DNA from: an uncultured Acidimicrobiaceae bacterium
Lineage (GTDB): Bacteria; Actinomycetota; Acidimicrobiia; Acidimicrobiales; RAAP-2
Length of the DNA stretch: 64,000 bases
Direction: 5' to 3'
Assembly: GCA_963711065.1 (NCBI GenBank)
Contig: CAVQCO010000004.1
Coordinates: 62,867-126,866 of the forward strand
Shown: positions 28,501 to 39,456 of the stretch, piece after piece
How positions within the stretch are numbered: the stretch's first letter is position 1
Layout of the letters: each line of letters starts with the position of its first letter
The notes under the pieces: generated by a model
Databases searched by the model: none
Told to the model about the DNA's origin: nothing
The model's input: the letters and a program-made list of their open reading frames with translations, nothing else
Made by a program: the position numbers and the translations under genes

Positions 28501-28988
28501 CAGAAGGGCTCCTCGTCGAATCCGTACCCGGCATCGGCTGCCGGCTGGGCCGCCGGTGCGGGCGCCGCCGGTGCGGCCGCCGCCTGCCGGGCGCCGCCCC
28601 GGGCCGGGCCCTCACCGGGCCCCCGGCGCTCGTTCTTGGTGATCTGCGCGGTGGCCCAGCGCAGCGACGGGCCGATCTCGTCGGCCACGACCTCGACCTT
28701 GGAACGCCGATCGCCCTCCTGGGTCTCCCAGCTGCGCTGCTCCAGGCGGCCGGCCACCATGACCCGCGACCCGCGGGTGATGCTCTCGCTCACGTTCTCG
28801 GCCATCTCGCGCCAGCACACGACGTCGAAGAACGAGGTCGCCTCCTCCCACTCCTGGGTCTGACGGTTCTGCCAGCGGCGGTTGACCGCCAGCCCGAAGG
28901 TGACGTTGGCCTGCCCGGTGTTGGTGAAGCGCAGCTCCGGGTCACGGGTCACGTTCCCCACCAGCGTCACGCTGTTGTCTGTCGCCAT
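28500..28988 (-). CDS. ssb: single-stranded DNA-binding protein
   Basis: OB-fold N-terminus ([16 protein letters not shown]), Gly/Ala/Pro linker and acidic tip DEEPF. Confidence 0.95.
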   Translation of the reverse strand: MATDNSVTLVGNVTRDPELRFTNTGQANVTFGLAVNRRWQNRQTQEWEEATSFFDVVCWREMAENVSESITRGSRVMVAGRLEQRSWETQEGDRRSKVEVVADEIGPSLRWATAQITKNERRGPGEGPARGGARQAAAAPAAPAPAAQPAADAGYGFDEEPF

Positions 28989-29010
28989 CTCCTGCTCCTC
29001 TCGCGATCGT

Positions 29011-29325
29011 TCAGCTCGCGGCCGCCGTGGCGGCCCTGCTGTCGGGCAGGCGCACCACCTTGTGGCGCACCACCTCGTCGGCCAACCCGAGCATGCGGTC
29101 CAGCGCCGCCACCGTCTCGGGCTCGCCCGTGAACTCGACCACGACGTAGTACCCCTCGCGCTTGTGGTTCACCTCGTAGGCGAACGTGCGCTTGCCCCAG
29201 CGGTCGATGGCGCCCGGGTTCCCCTCGTTGGTCCGGATGACCTCCAGGGCGTGGTCGAGGACCCCCTGAATGACGGTGGGCTCGGTGGTGGCCTCGAAGA
29301 TGGCCATGACTTCGTAAGGCCGCAT
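29011..29325 (-). CDS. rpsF: 30S ribosomal protein S6
   Basis: MRPYEVMAIFE..; 104 aa; first gene of the rpsF-ssb-rpsR-rplI set. Confidence 0.95.
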   Translation of the reverse strand: MRPYEVMAIFEATTEPTVIQGVLDHALEVIRTNEGNPGAIDRWGKRTFAYEVNHKREGYYVVVEFTGEPETVAALDRMLGLADEVVRHKVVRLPDSRAATAAAS

Positions 29326-29347
29326 CTGCGGCGTACCTCCCTCTGGA

Positions 29348-29380
29348 CCGGGCTTGGCCCGGGCCCCTGACGGTCAGGGG
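29348..29380 (-). terminator. two adjacent GC hairpins between panB and rpsF
   Basis: CCGGGC/GCCCGG (29348-29362) and CCCCTGA/TCAGGGG (29364-29380). There is no U-tract. Confidence 0.35.
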
Positions 29381-29414
29381 CAGGGTCTGTTGCGGGCGAT
29401 CATGCTAGTCGCCC

Positions 29415-30254
29415 TCAGCCCAGGGCGTCGCCCAGGCCCGCCGGGGCGTGGTACGTCTCGGCGTCGCTCGGGAAGGCACCGCTGCGGACGTCCTCGGCGA
29501 AGGCGGCGATGGCCTCGGTGGCGATGCGGCCCACGTCGGCGTACTGGCGTACGAACTTGGGCGGGGTCCCCTTCCCGAGCCCGAGCAGGTCGTGGAAGAC
29601 CAGGACCTGGCCGTCGCAGGCCGGCCCGGCGCCGATGCCGATGGTGGGGACGTCGAGCGCCTCGGTGACGGCGGCCCCGACCACGTCGGGCACCCCCTCG
29701 ATCACGAAGGCGAAGCAGCCCGCGGCCGCGAGCGCCTTGGCCGCGTCGAGCAGCGCCCCGGCGGCGTCGGCGGTCTTGCCCTGGACCCGGAACCCGCCCA
29801 TGGCGAGGACCGACTGGGGGGTCAGGCCGAGGTGGCCCATGACCGGGATTTCGGCGCGAATGATCGCCTCGACGGCGGGGAGGCGGGCGCGACCGCCCTC
29901 GAGCTTCACGGCGTGCGCGCCGGCGCGGATGAGGCGGGCGGCGTTGCGCACCGCCTCGTCGGGCGAGAGGTGGTAGCTCATCCACGGCATGTCGCCCAGG
30001 ATCAGGCAGCGGGGCCTGGCGCGGGCCACCGCTGCGGTGTGGTGCGCCATGACGTCGATGTCGACGTGCAGCGTGTCCTCGAAGCCGAGGACCGTGTTGG
30101 CCACCGAGTCGCCGACGAGGATGATGTCGGCGCCGGCCTCCGACACGATGCGCGCGCCCGGCTCGTCGTAGGCGGTGACCATGACGATCGGGGTCCCCCC
30201 GTCGCGCCGCTTGCGCGTCCGCAGCGCCGGGACGGTGACCGGACGGTCGCTCAC
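29415..30254 (-). CDS. panB: 3-methyl-2-oxobutanoate hydroxymethyltransferase
   Basis: 279 aa from GTG 30254 (GTGA overlap with the upstream stop). Contains VMVTAYD, ILVGDS, VKLEGG, HLGLTPQS. Confidence 0.9.
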   Translation of the reverse strand: MSDRPVTVPALRTRKRRDGGTPIVMVTAYDEPGARIVSEAGADIILVGDSVANTVLGFEDTLHVDIDVMAHHTAAVARARPRCLILGDMPWMSYHLSPDEAVRNAARLIRAGAHAVKLEGGRARLPAVEAIIRAEIPVMGHLGLTPQSVLAMGGFRVQGKTADAAGALLDAAKALAAAGCFAFVIEGVPDVVGAAVTEALDVPTIGIGAGPACDGQVLVFHDLLGLGKGTPPKFVRQYADVGRIATEAIAAFAEDVRSGAFPSDAETYHAPAGLGDALG

Positions 30255-30688
30255 TTCGCCGGCCCCGCCTTCTTGGGGCGCGCCTTCCCCCCGCCGGCGG
30301 GGTATTTGCGCATGAGGTGGTGCCACGCGCACGACGGGCAGACCTCGACCTCGAAGCAGAGCACCGGCTCGGGCCGGCGGCACAGCGCCTTGAGCTCCGC
30401 GGCCGTGCCGGGGCAACGCCCCCCCGGCGGCAACTTGGCGCCGAAGACGAAGGTCACGGTCACCAGGCGGCCCTCGTCGCAGATCGGGCAGACCTCCTTG
30501 GTCGGCCGCCCGACGTTGCGGGCCGCCCGCAGCAGCTCGGGATGGGCGTCGCAGACGTCGACCTTGAGCACCCGCCCTCGCTCGACCTCGCGCACCAGGC
30601 CGTTGCGCACGATCCGGTACTCCACCTGGGCCGTGACGTCAGGGCTCACCGCACGGGAGGACGACCTCGGCTCCGAGGTGACGGACAC
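30251..30688 (-). CDS. DUF5318-like zinc-ribbon protein
   Basis: 145 aa with VCDAHPELLRAA, CPIC and EVCPSCAWHHL motifs. Lies beside PadR/ino1, as in other actinobacteria. Confidence 0.7.
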   Translation of the reverse strand: MSVTSEPRSSSRAVSPDVTAQVEYRIVRNGLVREVERGRVLKVDVCDAHPELLRAARNVGRPTKEVCPICDEGRLVTVTFVFGAKLPPGGRCPGTAAELKALCRRPEPVLCFEVEVCPSCAWHHLMRKYPAGGGKARPKKAGPAK

Positions 30689-30784
30689 GGCGGCAAGGCT
30701 ACCGCCCGGGTCCCCGATCGGGGTCCATGTGACGCCGATTCAGGCACGACGGTGACCGTTTGGTGACAGATTGCTGTACAGCGC

Positions 30785-30801
30785 TATATCGGCTCGATAT
30801 A
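30785..30801. promoter_or_regulatory. candidate PadR operator palindrome
   Basis: TATATCG-GCT-CGATATA, a perfect 7+7 inverted repeat, 11-27 nt upstream of the padR ATG in a divergent intergenic region. Confidence 0.5.
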
Positions 30802-30811
30802 CTCATCCGTC

Positions 30812-31423
30812 ATGTTGGACCTGGCGATCCTCGGCCTCCTGGAGGAACACGACCTGCACGGCTACGAGATCCGGCGCCAGCTGCGCGAGCACCTGGGGCT
30901 GCTGGCCAACGTCTCGTTCGGGTCCATCTACCCCGCCCTGACCAGGCTCGAGAAGTGCGGCGCAGTCGTCGCCACCGAGGGCCCGGGCCCCCAGCCCACC
31001 GCCGCACCGGCCGCACCCCCCACCGGGTCGCTCAGCGGCGAGCTGGCCGTGCTGCGCGCCCGGCGCCACTCCCCCGCCCGGGGGCGGCGGGGCCGCAAGG
31101 TCTACCGGATCACCGAGGCCGGACGGCAGCTCTTCGCCGAGCTCCTGGCGGGCGGCGGCGCGGCGGACGACGCCCGCAGCTTCGGGCTCCGGCTGGCTTT
31201 CGCCCGGCACCTGGCTCCGCAGGCCCGCCTGGCCCTGCTCGAGCGCCGGCGCGCCCTGCTGGTCCAGCGCCTCGGCGAGGCCGAGGAGGCCCGCGCCGAC
31301 CTCGATGTGTACGCCCGCTCGGTGGTCCAGCACACCGCCGACGGCATCGCCCGCGACATCAGCTGGCTCGACACCCTCATCGCGTCCGAACGCGCCGCCG
31401 CCGCCACCGAGCCGGTGGCCTGA
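30812..31423 (+). CDS. PadR-family transcriptional regulator
   Basis: [38 protein letters not shown]. Confidence 0.9.
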   Translation: MLDLAILGLLEEHDLHGYEIRRQLREHLGLLANVSFGSIYPALTRLEKCGAVVATEGPGPQPTAAPAAPPTGSLSGELAVLRARRHSPARGRRGRKVYRITEAGRQLFAELLAGGGAADDARSFGLRLAFARHLAPQARLALLERRRALLVQRLGEAEEARADLDVYARSVVQHTADGIARDISWLDTLIASERAAAATEPVA

Positions 31424-31457
31424 CACCCCGCCACACCGACACCGAAGGAGACAGTCC

Positions 31458-32558
31458 ATGCACAGCCCCATTCGCCTCGCGATTGCCGGCGTCGGCAACT
31501 GCGCCAGCTCGCTCGTCCAGGGGATCACCTACTACCGGGACGCCGACCCCGCTGACGTCGTGCCCGGCCTGATGCACGTCGAGCTCGGCGGCTACCACGT
31601 GCGCGACCTCGTCCCGGTGGCGGCCTTCGACGTGGACCAGGCCAAGGTCGGCACCGACCTGGGCAAGGCGATCCACGCCGGGCAGAACAACACGATCCGC
31701 TTCGCCGAGGTGGGCGAGCTGGGCGTCACCGTCCAGCGCGGCCCGACCTTCGACGGCCTGGGCAAGTACTACGGCGAGACGATCGAGGAGTCCCCGGCCG
31801 CCTGGGTGGACGTGGCGGCGGCGCTGCGCGAGGCCCAGGCCGACGTCCTGGTCTCCTACCTCCCCGTCGGCTCCGAGCAGGCCCAGCGCCACTACGCCGA
31901 GGCCTGCCTCCAGGCGGGCGTCGCCTTCGTCAACGCCATCCCGGTCTTCATCGCCTCCGACCCCGAGTGGGCCCGCAGGTTCCGCGACGCCGGCGTGCCG
32001 ATCGTCGGCGACGACATCAAGAGCCAGGTGGGCTCGACCATCGTGCACCGCATCCTCACCCGCCTCTTCGAGGACCGTGGGCTCGCCCTGGACCACACCT
32101 ACCAGCTCAACTTCGGCGGCAACATGGACTTCAAGAACATGCTCGAGCGGGAACGGCTCGAGTCGAAGAAGATCTCCAAGACCCAGGCCGTGACCAGCCA
32201 GCTCGAGGACAACGTGCTCGACGCCGACGACGTCCACGTCGGACCCTCCGACCACGTGCCGTGGCTGAAGGACCGCAAGTGGGCCTACATCCGCATGGAG
32301 GGCCGCAACTTCGGCGACGTGCCGCTCAACCTCGAACTCAAGCTCGAGGTCTGGGACTCGCCCAACTCGGCCGGGGTGATCATCGACGCCGTCCGCTGCG
32401 CCAAGCTGGCGCTGGACCGCGGCATCGGCGGCCCGCTGCTCGGCCCCTCGGCGTACTTCATGAAGTCGCCCCCCGTGCAGTACCACGACGACGTGGCGCA
32501 CGCGCTCGTCGAGTCGTTCGCCGCCGGCGAGGCGCAGGAGAGCTGGCCGGCCGACTGA
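31458..32558 (+). CDS. ino1: inositol-3-phosphate synthase
   Basis: 366 aa from ATG 31458 (RBS GAAGGAG). Contains [18 protein letters not shown] and the C-terminal [14 protein letters not shown]. Confidence 0.92.
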   Translation: MHSPIRLAIAGVGNCASSLVQGITYYRDADPADVVPGLMHVELGGYHVRDLVPVAAFDVDQAKVGTDLGKAIHAGQNNTIRFAEVGELGVTVQRGPTFDGLGKYYGETIEESPAAWVDVAAALREAQADVLVSYLPVGSEQAQRHYAEACLQAGVAFVNAIPVFIASDPEWARRFRDAGVPIVGDDIKSQVGSTIVHRILTRLFEDRGLALDHTYQLNFGGNMDFKNMLERERLESKKISKTQAVTSQLEDNVLDADDVHVGPSDHVPWLKDRKWAYIRMEGRNFGDVPLNLELKLEVWDSPNSAGVIIDAVRCAKLALDRGIGGPLLGPSAYFMKSPPVQYHDDVAHALVESFAAGEAQESWPAD

Positions 32559-32576
32559 CCGCGGGCGCCCGGGCGC

Positions 32577-33062
32577 TCAGACCAGGATCCGCTCCTCGGG
32601 CGCCCGCACGCCCACCACGGCCAGCGTGCGCCCCATGCCGAGGAAGCAGCCGCAGCAGATCGTGAGGTCCGCCAGCTCCTCGTCGGCGTACGCGGCGTGG
32701 AGGCGGCCCCAGAACTCGTCGTCCATGGCCAGGTGGTCCAGTGCGAAGCGCTCGGCGAACTCGGCCGCCAGCTTCTCGCGCTCGCTCAACCCCGTCGCAG
32801 CGCGCCAGTCGGAGACCTCCGCGTAGAACGGCTCCCCCGCGCCGGCGTGCTCCCCGTCGCGCGCCCGGGTGTCGCGGCACACGGCGCAGTCGTTGATCAA
32901 TGCGATCGTCCAGCGCGCCGCCTCGCGCTCACGCACCGAGAGCTGCGAGTTGCCGTAGACGGCCTCGGACAGCTTCCCCATTCCCGCCGCCATCTTGGGG
33001 CGCAGCAGCGCCCAGTCGATGTGTTCGCCCATGCCGCTCTCTGGTGCCGTGATCCTCGTCAT
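32577..33062 (-). CDS. carboxymuconolactone decarboxylase (AhpD-like) family protein
   Basis: 161 aa from ATG 33062 with a CxxC-type motif (NDCAVC). Confidence 0.75.
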   Translation of the reverse strand: MTRITAPESGMGEHIDWALLRPKMAAGMGKLSEAVYGNSQLSVREREAARWTIALINDCAVCRDTRARDGEHAGAGEPFYAEVSDWRAATGLSEREKLAAEFAERFALDHLAMDDEFWGRLHAAYADEELADLTICCGCFLGMGRTLAVVGVRAPEERILV

Positions 33063-33085
33063 GGGGCGAGGGTAGCGCCGCCCGC

Positions 33086-34475
33086 TCAGCCCTGCCCGGC
33101 CCACCACTCGCGCAGCCGGGCCGCGGCGGCCTCCTCGCCGAGAGGGCCCTCGTCCAGGCGTAGATCCATCAGGAAGGCCAGCGCCTGCCCCACGGCGCGG
33201 CCCGGGCCGATGCCCAGGAGTTCCATCACCTGGTTCCCGTCGAGATCGGGCCGCAGGGCGTCCAGCTCCTCCTGCTGGCGCAGCTCTGCGATGCGCGCCT
33301 CCAGCTCGTCCATGCGCCGAGCCAGCGCCCGTGCCTTGGACACGTTGCGCGTCGTGCAGTCGCAGCGGGTCAGCTCGTTGAGCAGGTCGAGGAGCGGGCC
33401 GGCGTCGCGCACGTAACGGCGGACGGCCTTGTCGGTCCAGCCCAGCCGGTAGGTGTGGAAACGTAGGTGCAGCTCGACGAGGCGCACCACGGTGTCCACC
33501 TCGGCCGCCGGGTAGCGCAGGGCCTCCATGCGCGTCCGCGTCATGCGGGCACCGACCACCTCGTGGTGGTGGAAGCTCACGCCGCCGTCGGTGATGGCGC
33601 GCGTGCGCGGCTTGCCGACGTCGTGGAACAGCGCGGCCAGGCGCAACAGCCGGTTCTTCGACGTCTTGTCCACCACGGCGAGGGTGTGCGCCAGCACGTC
33701 CTTGTGGCGGTGGATGGGGTCCTGCTCGAGCGCGAGGCCAGGGAGCTCGGGCAGGAAGTCCTCGGCCAGGCCCGTGCGCACGACGAACCACAGCGCCTGC
33801 GACGGCACGTCGATCATGAGCATCTTGTCCAGCTCGTCGCGGATCCGCTCCGCCGAGACGATCGACAGCGCGCCCGTGCATGCGCTCCACCGCGGCCGTC
33901 AGCGCGGGGTCGGGCTCGAGCGAGAAGCGGGCCGCGAAGCGCGCCGCCCGCAGCATGCGCAGCGGGTCGTCCCCGAACGAGACCTCCGGGTCGAGCGGTG
34001 TTCGCAGGCGCCCCGCCGCCAGGTCCCCCAGCCCGTCGAAGGGGTCGATCAGCTCCATGTCGGGCAGGCGCAGCGCCAGCGCGTTGACGGTGAAGTCCCG
34101 TCGCGACAGATCGACGTCGATGTTGTCCCCGAAGGTGACTTCGGGCTTGCGCGACTCGGGCACGTAGACCTCGGCCCGGTGGGTCGTGATCTCGTAAACC
34201 CGGGTGCCCTTGCGGGCGCCGACCGTGCCGAAGCGCGCCCCCTGCAGCCAGACGTCGTCCGCCCAGCCGCGCACCAGGCGCTCGATCTCGTCGGGCCGGG
34301 CGTCGGTGGTGAGGTCGACGTCGCTGCCCGGATCGGCCCCGGCGGGGAACAGGGCGTCACGCACGGAGCCGCCCACCAAGTAGAGCGTCCGCCCGGCGCC
34401 CGCGAAGCGTTTGGCCAGCTCCTCGGTGGCGCTGACAAGGGGGCGGAACCGCTCCGGCACCGACGTGGACTGCAC
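33086..34475 (-). pseudogene. cca: CCA-adding tRNA nucleotidyltransferase / poly(A) polymerase family, frameshifted
   Basis: The N-terminus (LYLVGGSVRDAL..DVDLTT) is in the frame of ORF 32577..34475. The C-terminal HD domain (LFHDVGKP) is ORF 33086..33823. The junction ..AAVERMHGR|LSIVSAERIRDEL lies near 33868-33873 and the length is 3n+1. Confidence 0.85.
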
Positions 34476-34509
34476 CCGCCCACGGTAGTGCGCCCTCTAG
34501 CCTCTCCCT

Positions 34510-36552
34510 GTGTCGACGCGCTGGGCTCGGATCGCCCTCTGCACGCTTGCCGTGGCCGCCGCAACCCTGCTCGGAACGGCGGTCGCGGGCGCGCACGGCC
34601 TCGCCGTGCAGGCCGGCGCCGGCGCGCCGCCACTGACCCTGACCTCACAGACGCCTTGGGTCTCCCCGACCCAGCCCTGGTTCAATCTGTCGCTGGCCGT
34701 CGGTGACCGAGGTGTGCCTGCCGGTGATCTCGACGTCAGTCTGACCTTCTACAGCCGGATCTCATACACCTCTCAGTTCGACCAGGCGCTCGGCGGGGTA
34801 CCCCAGAAAGGAGTCCTCCTGCGGGTGCCGGATGTCCCGGTCACCCAGACCGGGCAGGGGCGCCTCGCGGCTGCCTGCGTGACGGTGCTGCCCGACGCGT
34901 CGGCATCCGCTCCCGCCGGTGGCGGCGAGGCGTGCCCGGCGGCCAGCCACACCCTCGACCTCGGCTGCACGCCGGACACCGGTGAATGCGGCGACGTCTA
35001 CCCGGTTTCGGTGGCGTTGCTGCGCCAGGGCGCCTCGGCGCCGGTGGCACGCTTCACCACCTTCCTCACGTATCAAGAGCCGCAAGGACCCGAGAGGAAC
35101 TACCCATCGTTGCGGGTGGGTCTCATGGCACCGGTCGTCGGTGCCGGCGCCACGACGATGGCCACCGCGCTCACTGCTCATCACGAGGTGCCCGTGACGC
35201 TCGTCGTGAGCCCGCGTACCGTGGCCAACCTCGTCGCGGGGCATACGAAGGAGGGTGACCACGCCCTGACTCAGCTGGCCGACCTGAGCGGTGACGAGGT
35301 CACTGCTCAGCCGTACGTTCCCGTCAACGTGGCCGCGCTGAGCGAGGCGGGCATCGCCGGGGAGATTCAGGCTCAACTGGTTCGCGGCACGGAGCTGCTG
35401 CGCGAGGCAGGTCTGCGGCCGGTCAGCGGGGCGTGGGTCGACACCACGACGTCGTACTCGCAGGGCGACGCCGCGAACCTCGCAAGCGGGCTCCAGGTGG
35501 CCGGTGCCGACCACCTCGTGCTGACCGATGCCGACCTCGCGTCGGCCAGCTCGACCAACCTGACGTTTGCCCAGCCCTTCACCCTCGACCTGGGTCATGG
35601 GAGCGGCCCGGCCACAGCTGCATCGGACAGCACCCTGAGCGCGCTGTTCACCACGACGCCGGCGAACCCCGTCCTCGGCGCCGAACAACTGCTCGCCGGC
35701 CTGTCCTTCGTCCACTTCGAAGACGCCTTCAAGTCGGATCCGCGGGGCGTCGTCGTGGCCCCTCCGGCGAACTGGCGGGCTTCCGGGGCTTTCATGGACG
35801 CGCTGCTGACCGGGTTGTCGCAGAACCCGGCCTTGATGCCGGTCACCCTGACCGACCTCTTCGGCCAGGTGCCCGCTGGTGGCAACGGGGAGCCGTCGAC
35901 CCGCCGGCTCCAGGCCGGGCCGGCCGGGAACGGCATCACGCACAGCGCGGCCGACCGGATCGCGCTGGCCCGCCAGCAGCTCTCGTCGTGGTGCTGCGGA
36001 TCCAGCGCCGCGGTGACCAATGACCCGGCCGGGCTGACCACCCTTTCGGACGCGCTGCTGGCGACCGAGTTCCGGGGGCTCAGCCCCACGGGCCGCGCCA
36101 CGGCGCTGACCGCCTACGGCAAGGCCTTCGACGACGTGACGGGCAAGGTCACTCTCGCCACCGAGCGCACCGTGACGTTCACCGCCCAGCGCGCACCCAT
36201 CCCCATCACCGTGCTGTCGTCGGCCCCGTACCCCGTGCGCGTCGTCGTCACGCTCAACAGCGACAAGTTCAGCTTCCCTGACGGCAACACGCGCGAGCTG
36301 ACGCTCAATCGCCCGACGACGTCGGTCCGCGTCACGGCGCAGGCCCGCACCTCCGGCGACCGCCTCCCCATCGACGTGACGCTGCACACGCCCGACGGCC
36401 AGCTGATCCTGGCCCGTACGGTGCTCACCGTGCAGTCGACCGCGATCTCCTTCGTCGGGGTGGCGCTCACCGTCCTGGCGGGCGCCGTCCTGCTGGCCTG
36501 GTGGGTGCGCACCTGGCGCCGCTCACGCCGCCTGCGCCCGCGGGCCCACTGA
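34510..36552 (+). CDS. secreted, C-terminally membrane-anchored protein (DUF6049-like)
   Basis: Signal peptide, 680 aa, C-terminal TM helix plus RRSRRLR. Its position between cca and murJ matches the conserved actinobacterial gene order. Confidence 0.7.
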   Translation: MSTRWARIALCTLAVAAATLLGTAVAGAHGLAVQAGAGAPPLTLTSQTPWVSPTQPWFNLSLAVGDRGVPAGDLDVSLTFYSRISYTSQFDQALGGVPQKGVLLRVPDVPVTQTGQGRLAAACVTVLPDASASAPAGGGEACPAASHTLDLGCTPDTGECGDVYPVSVALLRQGASAPVARFTTFLTYQEPQGPERNYPSLRVGLMAPVVGAGATTMATALTAHHEVPVTLVVSPRTVANLVAGHTKEGDHALTQLADLSGDEVTAQPYVPVNVAALSEAGIAGEIQAQLVRGTELLREAGLRPVSGAWVDTTTSYSQGDAANLASGLQVAGADHLVLTDADLASASSTNLTFAQPFTLDLGHGSGPATAASDSTLSALFTTTPANPVLGAEQLLAGLSFVHFEDAFKSDPRGVVVAPPANWRASGAFMDALLTGLSQNPALMPVTLTDLFGQVPAGGNGEPSTRRLQAGPAGNGITHSAADRIALARQQLSSWCCGSSAAVTNDPAGLTTLSDALLATEFRGLSPTGRATALTAYGKAFDDVTGKVTLATERTVTFTAQRAPIPITVLSSAPYPVRVVVTLNSDKFSFPDGNTRELTLNRPTTSVRVTAQARTSGDRLPIDVTLHTPDGQLILARTVLTVQSTAISFVGVALTVLAGAVLLAWWVRTWRRSRRLRPRAH

Positions 36553-36554
36553 CC

Positions 36555-38213
36555 GTGGCCACCCCCCGCCGGGCCCGGACGCTCCCGCTACGGACCTCGG
36601 CCGTCTACGTCGCCTTCGGGACCGGCGTCTCGCGCCTCACGGGCCTGCTGCGCTTCGTGGCCCTGGCCTGGGCCCTGGGCCAGACCTTCCTGGCCGACTC
36701 CTACAACCTGGCCAACACGACGCCCAACATGCTCTACGACGTCGTGCTGGGCGGCGTCCTCTCCGCCACCTTCATCCCCGTCTTCGTCGACCACCTCGCC
36801 AACCGGGACGAGCGCGACGCCTTCGAGTCCATCTCCGCCGTCGTCACCGTCTCCGTCGTGGTCCTGCTCGCCACCACGGTGGCGGCGCTCGTGGCCGCGC
36901 CCTACATCGTCCACGCCTTCACCGTGCTCGACACGCACGCGGGCCGTGGGCAGGCGCAGCGCGTCGCGCTCGAGCGCCAGGTGGCCACCGAGCTCCTCCG
37001 CTGGTTCGTGATCCAGATCGCGGCCTACGGCCTCTTCGCGCTCGGCGCGGCGTTGCTCAACACGCGGCGCCGGTTCGTGGCCGTCGCCTGGGCGCCGATC
37101 GTCAACAACCTCGTCTGCATCGGGATCCTGGTGTGGTTCGGGCTGTGGGCGGGCCACGGCGCCTCGCTGGCCAGCGTGGAGGCGCACAAGTCCCAGCTCG
37201 TACTGCTCGGGCTCGGCACCTCGCTCGGCGTGGTGCTCCAGGGCGTGGCGCTGCTGCCGAGCCTGCGCCGGGCCGACCTCGGCCTGCTGCGCTGGCACTG
37301 GAACCTGCGCGACGACGCGCTCCGCGCGGTGGCCCGCCTGGGTGCGTGGACGTTCGGCTTCGTGGTGGCCAACCAGGTGGCGCTGTTCGTCGTCATCCTG
37401 CTCGCCGGGAGCGTCGCCGGGTCGGACCCGGTCTCCTCCTACACCTACGCCTACGCCTTCTTCCAGCTCCCCTACGGCATCATCGCGGTGACCGTCATGT
37501 CGGTCGTCACCCCCGACCTGGCCGAGAAGTGGTCGACGGGGCAGCGCGGCCCGTTCCTCCACCGCATGACGGGCGGCCTGCGCGCCGTCCTCGCCCTCAT
37601 CATCCCGTCCGCCGTCGGGATGCTGCTCCTGGCGCGCCCGGCGGTCGCCCTGCTACTGGGGAACGGGCACAGCACCCCGGCGCAGACGGCCACCACCGGC
37701 GCCGCCCTGGCCATGTTCGCGCTCGGGCTGCCCGGGTTCTGCGCCTACCTGTACTTCGTCCGCGTGCTGCAGTCGATGCAGCGCACGAAGGTCGCCTTCT
37801 ACCTCTATCTCGTCGAGAACGCGCTGAACGTCGTCCTCGCCGTCGCGCTCGTCGGCCCGCTCGGCGTGCGCGGCCTCGCCCTCTCGCTCTCCATCGCCTA
37901 CACCGTCGCCGCGGTGCTGGCCCTCGCCGTCTTCCGCCAGTGGTTCGGGCGCCTGGCCGACCGCGAGACCTGGGCGCCGCTCGGGCGCGTGATCGCGGCG
38001 ACGGTCCCGATGGCGGTGGTCGTCCTCGTCGTGTCCAACCTCTCCGGCTCGACCAGCGTCGCCGGGCTCCTGGCCCGGGTGACCGCTGCCGTGCTCGCCG
38101 GCGGCCTGACCTTCGGCGCGGTCGTCGTCTGGCTGGGCCGGCGCCACGACGCGCGCCGCGAGCCCCCGCCGGCGCGGCCGCTCGGCCCGCTCGGCGCGCC
38201 CGGACGGGTCTGA
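36555..38213 (+). CDS. murJ: lipid II flippase MurJ
   Basis: Polytopic membrane protein with GTGVSRLTGLLR..LANTTPNMLYDVVLGGVLSATFIPVF. GTG 36555 lies just after the upstream stop (the ORF ATG 36501 would overlap by 52 nt). Confidence 0.87.
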   Translation: MATPRRARTLPLRTSAVYVAFGTGVSRLTGLLRFVALAWALGQTFLADSYNLANTTPNMLYDVVLGGVLSATFIPVFVDHLANRDERDAFESISAVVTVSVVVLLATTVAALVAAPYIVHAFTVLDTHAGRGQAQRVALERQVATELLRWFVIQIAAYGLFALGAALLNTRRRFVAVAWAPIVNNLVCIGILVWFGLWAGHGASLASVEAHKSQLVLLGLGTSLGVVLQGVALLPSLRRADLGLLRWHWNLRDDALRAVARLGAWTFGFVVANQVALFVVILLAGSVAGSDPVSSYTYAYAFFQLPYGIIAVTVMSVVTPDLAEKWSTGQRGPFLHRMTGGLRAVLALIIPSAVGMLLLARPAVALLLGNGHSTPAQTATTGAALAMFALGLPGFCAYLYFVRVLQSMQRTKVAFYLYLVENALNVVLAVALVGPLGVRGLALSLSIAYTVAAVLALAVFRQWFGRLADRETWAPLGRVIAATVPMAVVVLVVSNLSGSTSVAGLLARVTAAVLAGGLTFGAVVVWLGRRHDARREPPPARPLGPLGAPGRV

Positions 38214-38273
38214 AGCGCCTCCGCCGGGCCCGGACAGCCGCTCCGACGGGACCGCCCGTGGCAGACTCGCTGC

Positions 38274-39144
38274 ATGCCCGGCGTCCACATCGTGACCGAC
38301 AGTGCCTGCGACCTGTCCGACCAGCTCGTCAAGGAGCACGGCGTCATCGTGGTGCCGCTGACCATCCGCTTCGGCGACGAGGAGCTCGAGGACCGCCGCC
38401 AGCTGTCGCCGGCCGAGTTCTGGGAGCGCTGCCGCGGCAAGGGCGCGCTGCCCGAGACGGCCGCCCCCTCCCCCGGCGCCTTCCAGGCCGCCTTCCAGCA
38501 GGCCGCCGACGAGGGCGCCGACGCCGTGCTGTGCCTGACCATCTCGTCCAAGGTGTCGGGCACCTACAGCTCGGCCGTGACCGCGGCCGAAACCTTCAGC
38601 GCGCGTACCCGTCCGCGTCGTCGATACGTACTCGCTCACCATGGGCCAGGGCCTGCTCGTGATCGCCGCCGCCGAGGAGGCCGCCGCCGGCGCCGGCCTC
38701 GACGAGCTGGAGGCCGCCACCAAGGACCGCATCCCCCGCACCCGCATCTACGGCGTGCTCGGCGGGCTCGAGTTCCTCCAGCGCGGCGGGCGCATCGGGG
38801 GCGCCCGTGCCCTGCTCGGTTCGCTGTTGAACATCAAACCGGTGATCCAGCTCAAGGACGGCGAGGTGGCCGAGGAGTCCAAGCAGCGGACCCGGGCCCG
38901 CGCGCTCGCCTACCTGACCTCCAAGGTCGCGGCGGACGCCCCGCTCGAGCGCATCGCCGTGGCCGACGGCGCCTGCGACGACTTCCCCGACGTCCTGGCC
39001 CGCCTCGGCGGCATCGCCACCGAGCACCCGTTGCTGCCGGTCGACCTCGGGCCCGTGGTCGGCACGCACGCCGGCCCCAACACGGTGGGGGTCTGCTACA
39101 TCGTGCCTGCAAGCACGTCGAGGGCCGGCGGGACCGCCGGGTAG
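38274..39144 (+). pseudogene. DegV-family fatty-acid-binding protein, frameshifted
   Basis: N-terminus MPGVHIVTDSACDL.. runs in frame to about 38595. The rest (..SARVPVRVVDTYSLTMGQG..) is in the frame of ORF 38641..39144. There is an extra nt near 38595 and the length is 3n+1. Confidence 0.8.
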
Positions 39145-39153
39145 TCTCACGCC

Positions 39154-39456
39154 GTGGCAGAGAACGACATCGGCGACGTCCTGACCGATCGTGCCCTCGA
39201 CACGATCGACACCGTGGTCGCCTCGGTCAACGACAAGGCGATCCGCCCGGCCATCGTGGCCGCCCGCGGCATCGTCTTCGGCGTCATCATCGCGGTCGTC
39301 GCCATCACCGTCGTCGTCCTCTTCTGCGTCGGCTTCATCCGACTGACGACCATCGCCGGCCACAGGATCTGGGCCTCCTACATCGTCCTCGGGCTCCTGT
39401 TCTGCGGCATCGGCGCCATCCTCTACTCGCGCCGTGGCGTGCCGCCCGATGCCTGA
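39154..39456 (+). CDS. small membrane protein
   Basis: 100 aa with two hydrophobic helices. Overlaps the trxB start by 8 nt. Confidence 0.5.
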   Translation: MAENDIGDVLTDRALDTIDTVVASVNDKAIRPAIVAARGIVFGVIIAVVAITVVVLFCVGFIRLTTIAGHRIWASYIVLGLLFCGIGAILYSRRGVPPDA

